Assembly: GCF_000372725.1 (NCBI RefSeq) | Contig: NW_005202237.1 | Location: forward strand, 62,001-126,000 | Direction: 5' to 3' | Origin: Emiliania huxleyi CCMP1516 | Lineage: Eukaryota | DNA length: 64,000 nt | Part shown: positions 34,878 to 45,100 of the stretch, piece after piece | How positions within the stretch are numbered: the first letter of the stretch is position 1 | Layout: each line of letters begins with the position of its first letter | The notes under the pieces: model-generated | Database searches by the model: none | Told to the model about the DNA's origin: nothing | What the model saw: the letters and a program-made list of their open reading frames with translations, nothing else | Made by a program: the position numbers and the translations under genes

Positions 34878-36800
34878 ATGGCCACGGCTCGTCGGCGGCT
34901 GGCTCGCTCAGCAGGTGAGGCTACCCGGGCGGCGCCGGCGCCACCAATAAGGCGAGCTCAAACCGAGCCGGCACCTCGGACTGTGCAGCTGCTGCGCATC
35001 AGCACGAGCTGCGAGCCAATGAGCAGAGCGGAGGCGGCGCACTCAAAGCTCACGTTGCTGCCACGGGTCAGCGTAAGCATCGAGGGCGGGAGGGACAGTA
35101 TACGCGCGGGGGCGCCGTCTCCGCGGCGTTCCTTGACCATTGCCGTCAAGCGGCACCGGCACCACGAGGGTGTCATCGCCACCACGACAGTATCGATCGA
35201 CCTGCGGCGACTCATGTTGTGGGCAGTCGCGCTCTCGCTCATCGCCTCATCCGCCGCGTACACGACGGCCGTGGTCACAGATCCGGAGGCGGCAAACGGC
35301 CGATCCGACGCGCGAGAGCTGCGAGAGCTGCGTGGGCTGGACGAGGCTGGCGAGTGGCGCCGGAGGCATGGTGGAGCCCATTCAGGCGGGCGCGGCAAGT
35401 CAAGCTCGAGCGGCTGGTGGTGGAGGCGCGCAACTGAGAGCGCGCCGACCTCAGACGGTGCCCTTAATGCGAACGGCCGCGCATGCGACGCGTCGCAGCC
35501 CGCGGTCGGCCACTGGGTGCCGCTGCCGGAGCCGCCCTACGCGCTCCCGACGTCGGCCTTCCAACGGCTCAAGGGGAAGGCGATACCCGACGAGAAGCTG
35601 GCCGGCTCCATGGCCGGCCCCACCTGCAGCCTGGCCAAGCCGTCGCGCCCGCACTTTGAGTGGGAGGCGGAGGGGTGCGAGCTTGCGCCGTTCGAGCGCG
35701 AGACGGCTTGCGCGCTGCTGCGCTCGCGCGGCATCCGGCAGGTGTTGATCGTTGGCGACTCGCTCTCGGCGCAGTTCTTCGTCTCCTTCACGATGCTGCT
35801 CGAGGGCGAGGAGGGCTTTGGGCCGCCCCGGCCCGCAGAGCACAAGAAGCTCCGCGGCAATATGCTCTTCGACGCGGCTGCGTCTGTCTGCGACGACGAG
35901 GTGCGGGTCTCGCTGCAGCGCAACGACCTGCTCGCGCTGAGCTGTTCCGGCCTTGAAACGGGGATCTTCAAGGCCTGCGACGGTTCCATCCTTACCGCCC
36001 CCTGGGGTACGCGCGCCGTGCACGATGCGGACCTGGTGATCCTTGGCAGCGGCATGCACTACCCCTCGCTGCCGCTCAAGATCAAGAACCAGAGCGCGCC
36101 CGGTCTCGCCTCGGAGTTTTTTGCGCGCAATCTGAACCATACCCTCACCACCCTCATCGCGCACCGCGCCGTCGCAGAGCTGCGAAACGGCAGCTCACAC
36201 CCCTCCTCGATCGTCGTCGTCGGGCCGCCCGTGCCCGTCCCGGCGTGCAACACCTTCGCGTCGCCCGTGCACCCGGCGGAGGCGCTGCTCGCCTCGAGCG
36301 AGAGCGCGTCCAAGTTCGCCGCATCGTGGCGTGACGTCCATCGCCTCAACGCGGCGGCGCGCTGGCTAGCGCTGCGCCATGGCGCCACCTTCCTCGACGT
36401 CTCGACCTTCACGCAAACGCGGCCAGACGCCGCGGTCGGCTCGTACGGTCGCGGCTCGGCCAAGGTGGTCGATTGCGTGCACTCGTGCCAGCCAGGGCCG
36501 CTCGACACGTGGGTGCGTCTTCTCGTGCACGCCCTGCGCGAGCGCCCTGACACAGCCAGCCCCGCCCAGCCGGAGGCGAGATGGTTTCTCGTCCCGCGCT
36601 CCGAGTGGCTCGAGAAGGGCGGCTGCGCCTTTGAGCAAAACTACCCGGGCTGCCACAACACCCACAGGCTCCCAGGACCGGCCCCCTACTACTGCATTAG
36701 CGCGGCGCCGTGGTTCCCATTTGGGCGCTGCGCGCAGGGCGGTGCCGCCGCTGTGACCATAGTAGCGAAACAATGCGAAAAGCGGGGAGGCTGGTTTTGA
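34878..36800 (+). CDS. TBL/PC-esterase (SGNH) polysaccharide O-acetyltransferase-like protein
   Basis: TM anchor, WEAEGCEL..F, IVGDSL, TRPDA, DCVHSCQPGPLDTW. Start uncertain. Confidence 0.8.
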   Translation: MATARRRLARSAGEATRAAPAPPIRRAQTEPAPRTVQLLRISTSCEPMSRAEAAHSKLTLLPRVSVSIEGGRDSIRAGAPSPRRSLTIAVKRHRHHEGVIATTTVSIDLRRLMLWAVALSLIASSAAYTTAVVTDPEAANGRSDARELRELRGLDEAGEWRRRHGGAHSGGRGKSSSSGWWWRRATESAPTSDGALNANGRACDASQPAVGHWVPLPEPPYALPTSAFQRLKGKAIPDEKLAGSMAGPTCSLAKPSRPHFEWEAEGCELAPFERETACALLRSRGIRQVLIVGDSLSAQFFVSFTMLLEGEEGFGPPRPAEHKKLRGNMLFDAAASVCDDEVRVSLQRNDLLALSCSGLETGIFKACDGSILTAPWGTRAVHDADLVILGSGMHYPSLPLKIKNQSAPGLASEFFARNLNHTLTTLIAHRAVAELRNGSSHPSSIVVVGPPVPVPACNTFASPVHPAEALLASSESASKFAASWRDVHRLNAAARWLALRHGATFLDVSTFTQTRPDAAVGSYGRGSAKVVDCVHSCQPGPLDTWVRLLVHALRERPDTASPAQPEARWFLVPRSEWLEKGGCAFEQNYPGCHNTHRLPGPAPYYCISAAPWFPFGRCAQGGAAAVTIVAKQCEKRGGWF

Positions 36801-37471
36801 CGAGAGAGGGCGGACTGATATGTCGTCGTGCCTCTCTTGGCTACTTTTTGAAACGGCTCGCAGTGAGGGTGCGAAGCTGCAGCGGCGAGGGGCGCCACTG
36901 GCTGCGGCGCGGCGGCGCGCCTGCGGCTGCGTCTAGCTAGATCGGCAGCAGATTAAGCGGGTCTCCGTGCTTCGGCCTTCGGGCGCCTCTCTCGTGCTCG
37001 TCTTTTGTGGGTCGGGGTCTCCTCTTCCTTCTTCCCTTTCTCGGCACTCAGAAAATGATGATATGATTGATTGATGTCTGTTTATCGTTTCGGTTGTGTG
37101 TGCAGCCACACGAGGCAGTCCCCCCACCCACGACACATACATACGTGTCACTGCACACTGGCTGGTCTCTTCTCGACGGCACGTCCACGTGCCACGTGGG
37201 GAAATAAATACTCCGCTTCGATTACCTGCTCAGGGCGTGAAGAAAATGGAGTTGCGGAAGGCACCGCTCAAGATTCAGGAACGCATCCGAGCGAAACCCC
37301 GCGAACAAAAACCGAAGCGACCGTTTGCGTCATCACAAGTTTATCGCAAAGTTGCCCGGAGCTCCGCTGCAGCACGACACAGACACACACACACCAGCCT
37401 GCTGCGACCGGTCTACAGCTGCGTATCTCGCGAGACGTTCTGAGTGCAAGCTGCGTGCTGCGTGCTGCGAC

Positions 37472-37935
37472 AATGGCCGCCACCATTGACGAGGATGTTG
37501 TGGAGCGCCAATTGGCCAGCTTATTGCGCCAAGCGCAGCTCAACCACACAACCATTCAGGCAATGTGGAGAACAAACGAGGAGCTCTCCGCGCAGCGCGA
37601 GTGGCTACTGCATAAGGTACGACGCAACTAAGCTGACAAATCCCGCTCACTCTCCCACACTGCTGACCCATCCCTCTCCCCTCTGCATTCAGAGGTCGGA
37701 GCCGCCGCCATCCACCGCAGAGGTACCCGAGACATTGAGGCGGGCTGAGCGATCGCCAGCAGAGGGCGAACGGCCGAGAAGGCTTTCTCGCTCGCGGCCA
37801 GCTGATTTTGAGCAGGCAGATGCAACTGCGGAGGACAGGGGTTCGCCGACCTCGTCCTGCCGGGACTCTGCAGATGCCAATCCTCCAACTTCTCCCTCCG
37901 ATGTGATGACAAGCTTTGCCCCCACCTGCTTATGA
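37472..37935 (+). CDS. Small hypothetical protein (probably one intron)
   Basis: ATG followed by a coiled-coil-like exon, with an AAG|GTAC donor near 37617. Confidence 0.35.
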
Positions 37936-38380
37936 TGTATCCTCCACTTCAACCTTTGTGACGATTGTGCATGTGCATGGTCATGGTACGAATTCGCGCT
38001 TGCCGAGGACAAGAGCGCGACAACTCTGAACGCACAGCAGGCACAGGTAGAGTCTAGAGAGAGTTGACCCGATTGACCGGACGAAGTTCCTACACGTGTT
38101 TCTTGGTTGTGTCTTGCGTATGAAGCAGACTCTGGTCGACGCAGTCGCCAGAGAGGGCTACAGCGCTGTTATGCGTCGCATCCCACTTGTCACGCACTTC
38201 CACGGGTCCGAGAGGTGGCACAGGTGCGTTCCGCGTTTTTGGAATTGCTGCAGCGCATTTTTTGCGGTCGGGGCATTTGTGTACTTTTTTCATCCTACGC
38301 GGGGAGACCTGGGATTACGCTCTCTTTTATTTCTGGGGGTTGACGTTGTAACCACACACACGTAAACGCTCGCTCCAGCA

Positions 38381-38995
38381 TCAAAGGCCCCATGCTCGGC
38401 TGAAGGTTCCAAAGCGGCGGTCACGATCGCTGTATGAGGACTTGATCCAGGACTTCGGCTGAGTGCAGCTCGCGCAGCTCCGCGTGAAGTCATCGGCGGT
38501 CGCTTCGTCCCTAACGATGCGAATTGGCTGCGGCGGCGCAAACAGCTTGAGCACGAGCCAGGCGACGGGGCGCCAGAGTGGGCTATGCAGCAGCAGAACG
38601 TGCGCCTGGACTCTGCTGTCCCACTGCTCAGCGTGCTTGTCGACCCACGACCGCACCAGGCCCAGCTGACGGCCGCCGACGCGGGGCCATCGCACCGCTC
38701 CCGGGTCCCACAGCACGGTGAAGGGCCTGCGCCGATCGAGGGTCCGGCTCATAAAGGCGAGGAGCGCGGTGAGGGTGGCTTCGTCCACGGTGCGGCCCAG
38801 TTGCACGAGCAGCCGCGGCAGTGGTCCAGCGCTTGGCGCTCGCAGCAGCTCCACCGTGCCACCATGGCCGAGCGAGACGGGACCCAGCAGCACTGTGGCG
38901 TCTCTTGCTGCAGCGGAGGGCGCGGGCGACGAGTAGGTCCACGCCAACGCTACAGCGAGCAGCACGGCAGCAAAGGACGTCAACGAACCCGACAT
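38381..38995 (-). CDS. CRAL-TRIO/STAS-SEC14-like small protein with N-terminal signal
   Basis: PFTVLWD...AHVLLLHSPLWRPVAWLVLKLFAPPQPIRIV pattern. Confidence 0.5.
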   Translation of the reverse strand: MSGSLTSFAAVLLAVALAWTYSSPAPSAAARDATVLLGPVSLGHGGTVELLRAPSAGPLPRLLVQLGRTVDEATLTALLAFMSRTLDRRRPFTVLWDPGAVRWPRVGGRQLGLVRSWVDKHAEQWDSRVQAHVLLLHSPLWRPVAWLVLKLFAPPQPIRIVRDEATADDFTRSCASCTQPKSWIKSSYSDRDRRFGTFSRAWGL

Positions 38996-39129
38996 CAGCG
39001 CTCTGGTATAGCCCCAGCCGACTCCGTGAACTCTCGCGGGGCTCTGCGGAGTGGCTTCGCGGCGGCGCCCAAACAGAAGAGAAAAAGAATTCTCCACATA
39101 AAAGCCTCTCTCACAGCACACTGGCACGA

Positions 39130-40720
39130 GAAAAAGAATAGCGAGAGGAGGAGGATATTCGACCGACGGACGTACGGACACATGTGTAAGAGCGCGCACG
39201 AGTGGGTGTGCGAGCAATATCGAAAGACGGTGAGGCCGGGATCGCACACGGCAGGGGTGGCGGGACGGTTGTGGAGCGAAGTGGCTGTAGCCAGTCTCAA
39301 GCATCGATGGGACAATAAGATGAGATTGCCAGATGAGTGAGAATGGGGGGAAGGACAGGCGAGCGACATTTGACGACGTAGGAGCCACAATGTGACGACC
39401 AAAACGATCTTGGGGGCCAGGGTGAGACAACAGGTCGGGGTGCCACACGCCACACGGGGCACACCACAGGCCGTATTCTAGAGGGGGGAAAGAAACGGGG
39501 AATGAGGGGCCCCGCCACGAGAAGTGCGTTCTGGGGATGCAGAGGCAGCGTGCAAAACGGCGAGGGATGAGGCCACAAAAGAGGCGCGCGAGGCAAGGAG
39601 GAGACGCGGGGAACTGGGAGACTGGGACGACTGGAAACAAGAAGACAGTGAGCCACCACAGGCGTCGTTGGCGCACATACTGAGCGGCAGCTGCGCTGGA
39701 AATAAGGAAGAGGCGCGTCACTTCATGCGGAAGCTTGACAAACACGCGGCGTGGGCGACAGCAAGAGTCGAACGGACGGCGCCTGACTCAAAAGACACCG
39801 CCACATCCCTGAGACGAGGGAGCGAGGGCAGCCTCCTTAAAGGCAATGGGGTCTAGATTCGGAGCGCTCGCCGAAGAGGAGTACGACAAAATAGCGCCCG
39901 TGATTGCCTGCACGCTGCCCGCACTCACGGACTCCATACCCGAAAGAAAGAGAGGGGAGCTCGCAGGAGAGGTGACGAGAGTGAGAACTACAGGTAGTGG
40001 GGAAGGCAGCCTCGATCGCCATACAGACATGGGTGCGAAACAACGACAAGACCAAGGCACGGGCAGAGGGAACGAGAGAAGAACATAGGATGGATAGGGC
40101 GCCTGTTCACGGCATGGAGGGTGAGCCAAGCCGAACGTACCGAACGTAGAGCCGAGCGGAAGGAAGCGGGGGAAGATGACTCCGAGGAGGACGAACCAGT
40201 GGAAATCCCGTTGTCAGCCGTCACGATGCACCCGAAGGGGACCCCAGCGCCGGCATCATCCGTGAAGGCACAAGTGTTCGAAGAGAGAGTAGACCTGAGC
40301 AATGATATGACTGGGCGGCAAATGATAGCAGTGGGCGTCAGAAGAGTCGTCCTTGCGCGAGGAGAGCTCGATAGACTCGAGGGGCCAGGATATGCAGCAA
40401 GGAGGGCGGAGCTGCGCCGAAAGGCGAAAGAAGCCGAGAGAACAAGGGAACGGCAGGCGGCGGCGGCAGCGCAGAATGAGGCAGAGGAGAGCGACGCGAC
40501 AGAGGAAGAAGCGACCAGGGAGAGCACGACGAGAAGGGGGCGACCGGGAGGTGGCACGAAGGTTGAAGCGAGAATCGGAGAGAGACTGCGAAGAGAGATA
40601 GGAAGAGGCGGACGCCCAAGGGTGGGCGACGGCTAGCACCACACCCCTCTCCTTAAAATCCCTGTGTGGTGGCGGCGTGCCGTTCTCCCATCCCTCCCTT
40701 GGGGTGTCCGTTTTCTGGTC
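39130..40720 (+). mobile_element. Longest copy of R1: degenerate 3' end of a non-LTR retrotransposon
   Basis: Multi-copy in this window. Broken ORF with a CCHC-like C..C...SLAHILSGSC. Ends in the conserved CCCATCCCTCCCTTGGG-GTCCGTTTTCT terminus. Confidence 0.65.
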
Positions 40721-40912
40721 TTTACTACATACTAGGCACGGGACTGGCGCGCACTGGCACTAACACAGGTACATCACTAATGAAAAGAAGTTTCGTGCAT
40801 TTACCCAGACCGCGCTGCTCCCTTGGCCTTGCGCCTTGGGGTGTCTGTTTTCTGTCTTTTTTTCGCGCTGGTATCCACGAGTCCGAGCCTGCTGACTGTC
40901 GTCTTCACCCTC

Positions 40913-42290
40913 CTACATACACACTCGGTTTGTGCCTCCCGCCTGCACGAAACACCGGGCGTACCACGGGACAATAGGGGAGCTCGCTCCAGATCCGCGC
41001 ACCCCCGCCTCCACCACCCTGCTAGACCTGCCGCCCCCGCCGCCGTTGCCGCCGCCCCCCTTGCCCGGCGCGCTGCCACCCGCGGCCTCAGGCTCGGCTC
41101 TCGGCGGGAAGTCGACCGCCCTCTCCTCGAGGAGGCGCAGCAGCCGGCAGCCGCAGAGGAGCTGCTCTGGCATCTGCTCCTCGCCGCGCGCCTACAGGGA
41201 GGGCGCCCGAGGAGGTTCCGAGAAGGGACCCCGGCAGAGCGATATGTGCTGACGCCGCGCGCCTCGACGAGCAGGCCGTAGTCGAGCTCGAGCCTACGGG
41301 AAGGCTCCGAGACGCTTCCGAGAAGGTTCCGCCACCAGGCCAGCCGTAGCCGAGCTCTCGCCGGCGCAGCGACGCGGAGCGCAGCACCTTGTTGATCGCG
41401 GAGCGGGTGCCGTAGCTGAACTGGTGCCCGTCGAGGTCGATCTCCAGGTACCTCTCGCCGAACACCTCGCCGCGGAAGAAGACATGCTGCGGACGCGTCA
41501 GCACGGGCTTGCCGTTGAAGCGGCGCAGCAGCGCGGCCACCGGCCTCAGAAGCAGCTTGGCAGCAGCGTCGAGGTTGGCGACGAGCCCAATCTCCTTGAG
41601 CGCGTCCGCCACACCCTCGTCGCGGTAGGCCCGCAGCAGGAACCGTTTCAGCACCTCCGCCGCCCCTCGCGGCGGCGCGTCGCCGTCGTAGGCGGCGGCG
41701 ATGCCGGGAGAGAGCCGGACGTAGGTCACGAGGCAGAAGGTGTCGCCGTCGGTGGCGGCGCTGGTGAAGAGCGTGTGTCGCATCCGCATCGGCAGCATCT
41801 GGACGACGACCAGCCACTCGGCGTACGGCTCGCGCCAGTCGCTGCTGCCGGCTGGCAGCCGTATGAGTCCGTGCTGCAGGAGGTGCATCGGCTTCCTCGG
41901 ACAACGCAGCGTGTCCATCGCCACGACCCTGCCAAAGGCTACCGCGCTGGGGACCTTGCGCCCGTCCCGGTGGTACGTCGGACCGCGGACGCTGAATCCT
42001 CGCGCCGGGCTCGGCATCCAGGCGTGATCGTCGGACGCTGCGCTGGCCTGTGGCAACGACGCACCGGCATCCATCTTTGCCGAGCCGGCGAGTGGCGTGA
42101 TGCCGGGTTTGCGCTGCTGCTCGTTGAGCCTCGCGCAGATGAGAGAGATTCGTTGGCACATGAGATACAGCAAGAAGGTGATGGTAGCTTGGAACGCTAA
42201 GCGTGTGGCCTCTGTCGACAGCCCCCATGAGACGAGGCTGACCATCGTCAGGACCCTGTTGAGGTCTCCGACGAGGGAATTGGCTCTCAT
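40913..42290 (-). CDS. EDR2 C-terminal (DUF1336) domain protein
   Basis: FSVRGPTY...KVPS, NGKPVLTRPQH, YLEIDLD, MPEQLL. Introns 41294-41361 and 41192-41262 flank a 31-nt exon. Confidence 0.85.
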
Positions 42291-42520
42291 GCTCCAGCGA
42301 GACTCGAGTTACCTTGTTTTCTTTTTTCGTGCCAATTGGCCGAGCCTGGCGTTCTTCACCTTTCTACCTACCTACCTGGCCGAGTTGTTCATTCCTTCTA
42401 CGGATCGCTTGTCACGTGAGAGACTGCGTTGTGTTCTTGTACTTGTTTGGTATGGGCTTTCTCTTTCTAGCCATCTGGCCCGCATTTAGCATTTTGGCGC
42501 AAGAAAGAAGCCTCGCGATC

Positions 42521-43240
42521 TCAGGACATCTCCTCGCCCGACGCGACAACTTCTATGCTCCAGCCACCGGCCGGCTCGGATGTCGCCGGTGGCGCCGTGA
42601 CGCTGCGGCGGCGCACGGCCCCGTCCGCCGGCCGGCGGACCATGCCCAGGTTGTAGAAGGAGGCGGAGGGCAGTGCGGCCCCGCTCGGCCGCCACGCGAT
42701 CCAGCCGGCCGCGCGTACGGCGCCCAGGTCGCTCGCGTGGAGGGCTGCCGCGTCCATGAAGTGCGGGTCGAGGATGAGAAGCTCCGGCTCGCCCGCTGCC
42801 CCACCCCGCACGCCGATGACGGTCTTGCTGTAGACGTCGCCGCCGCCGCCAACCATCACCGGGCCGCCGCCAGCATCAAAGTGTGCAGCGAGACGCCGCC
42901 ACTCGGAGGCGAGCGCCAAGCCCGATGCCAGCGGCAGCACCTCCACCGCCGCGCCGTGCAGCGCGTCGAGCAGGGTCACAGCGTCAGGCACGCCGATCCA
43001 CTCGCGGGCGCCGACGCCAAGCACCTGCTGCAGCTCCGGGATGGACGGCGGCGCTGTGTCGGGCGCGAGCCAGCTCAGCTGCGACTGCACCGTCCGGTAG
43101 CCACAGCCCCAGCCGCAGTCGTCGTGTCTGTCGCAGGCGTAGTGGAAGAAGCGCAGCTTGCCGCAGACGAGGTGCTCCTCTGCGGCAGATGCGGACGAGG
43201 CGCCGGCAAGCTCGCGAGCCGTGGCGAGCGGTGGGAGCAT
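42521..43240 (-). CDS. UFSP: Ufm1-specific protease (peptidase C78), short UFSP1-like form
   Basis: DDCGWGCGYRTVQS, PSIPELQQ, WIG, PVMVGG, LILDPH. Confidence 0.9.
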   Translation of the reverse strand: MLPPLATARELAGASSASAAEEHLVCGKLRFFHYACDRHDDCGWGCGYRTVQSQLSWLAPDTAPPSIPELQQVLGVGAREWIGVPDAVTLLDALHGAAVEVLPLASGLALASEWRRLAAHFDAGGGPVMVGGGGDVYSKTVIGVRGGAAGEPELLILDPHFMDAAALHASDLGAVRAAGWIAWRPSGAALPSASFYNLGMVRRPADGAVRRRSVTAPPATSEPAGGWSIEVVASGEEMS

Positions 43241-43299
43241 ACGTGTGAGACGTCCCCAGGGTGTGGATGTCGTCGATGTCGTCAGAGACGATGTCGTCA

Positions 43300-45000
43300 G
43301 AGAGAGAAAGGTGCGCAGTTTTTTCTTTTCTCCCCTCATACCGCGTTGGTGTCCAGTCCAAGCCTGACTGTTCTTCTTCACCTACCTAGGTAGACAGAGA
43401 GATGATTCCGGTGTGTATGCGCTCGCGAGGCACTCCCACGCCTGACGGGGGGCGAGGGAACCCGAGAGTGCTGGGGCGAGCCTCGGCGAGACAGCGTTCA
43501 GCTGAAAGAAAGAAAACTAAACTGTCCGAGAAGGCCACCTCCCACCGGAAATCTCTCTCCAAAAGCGCATGTCTTGAAGGTCCGATACTGGAAGCCCATA
43601 TAGGCACCTTACACTCCCCCGCAGTATCGCACCTCTTGAGCGACACTACGTTTCCGCAGCTGGGGATTCTCCGGGTACCCCTCTTTGTACCCCGTGCTGG
43701 CCGGATAGCGGCGGATTCCAAGGATAAGAGAAAAGAAACTCATGGGCTCGGGCTCTCTCGGCTACGGGACCGGCCCCAGCTTCGGCTGAGGGCTAACAAG
43801 CTGCCGAGCCCAAATCACTGTGAGCACTTGGAGCACTTGGAGTGCAGTCAGTAAACCGTGAGCACTTGGAGCACTTGGAGTGCAGACTGCAGTCATTAAC
43901 CGCACATCCAGGGCCGGGGAGCTAAGAAGCGCACCCAGGAGCGGGCCGGATGATCGGGATCGGGTTGCGCGGGCAAGAGAGCCCTAGCCCTGGGGGTGCG
44001 CGTTCGCAGGGAAAGGGCCGTAAAGTAAACACGGGTCTCCGAGGGTTAGCCCCGCGTACCGGGTTTCCCCTTAACTGCAGGACGCCCCCTCTACTCGGAG
44101 CTAATGAACACCACACTGCACACCCCACCCCACCACTCGACACTCACTTGCGTAGACGTTTGAGTAGACCCCCCCGTCTGAGGGCTCACCCCTCGCCTTC
44201 CCAGGGTCCCGACCGCGACCCTCCTTGATTCGCTCTCTTGCTCGTCTCCCGAGCGTCTGAATTCGGACGCCTGTGCCACCCTCCACACACTACACACTAC
44301 ACACAGTGTACTAGCACGGCGCATCCCGCGCCGTGCCCCAAATGTCAATACTCGAGCTTCTTTGTGCTCAATCGTGTCACGGTCCTACGTCCCTTGGCCA
44401 GAGCGACCGGAGAACCAGTGTTTTGATCCTTTACAGTCCTACATAGAGCCAGCCACCCTCCGGCTCTGAGCCTCCGCGCTCAAACGCCGAGCGTTATGCG
44501 ACGACCGGTATGGTCGTTTCCCTCGTTGTTGGTGTCGCTTTCTCCGCTGTCGCCCTTCGTCTCCGCCAGCTTCTCCCGGCTCCACCGCTTCCGAAGGCGT
44601 CGACGGCCCGGCCGAGGTCTCCCCGGGCGAATGCGGCCGCAATGGATCCTCTCGTCGCGCCTCCCAGGGAGGTCGAGCCGGCTCTCCCTGGTCGGCGAGT
44701 CGCGCGCGCCCGCATCCGCGGCCTCTCTATCGTTCTCTGCGGGTCGTGATTTCTTGTTGGTCTTCAAAAATCTCTCTCGGATTCCTCCTCCGAACAAGTC
44801 AAGTTCGATCGGCCCCAGTCTCGAACTGGCAGCCACTATCTCACCGGAGGTACCATGATCCATGTCCGAGGAGGCCACCGGCCAAAAGCGCATGTCTTGA
44901 AGGTCCGAGGGATAGGGGAGGAGGAGAGGGTCCCCACCTGCACGAGCAGGATTTTGGAAGGACGTTAGGCAGCCGTCTTTCTCACTTTAAAATTCTCACT
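43300..45000. repeat. Mosaic of interspersed repeat modules
   Basis: CCGCGTTGGTGTCCAGTCC (also ~32729), CCAAAAGCGCATGTCTTGAAGGTCCGA twice (~43559, ~44882), plus family E and family A segments. Confidence 0.6.
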
Positions 45001-45100
45001 TTTCGAGCGGAGTGTTGACTACGAGGCGTCCTCGCCCTAGTCCTCGCGTCCTACGCTATTCTCGCCTCGACCACCTGGTCCGCGACTCTCGCTTTTCGCA

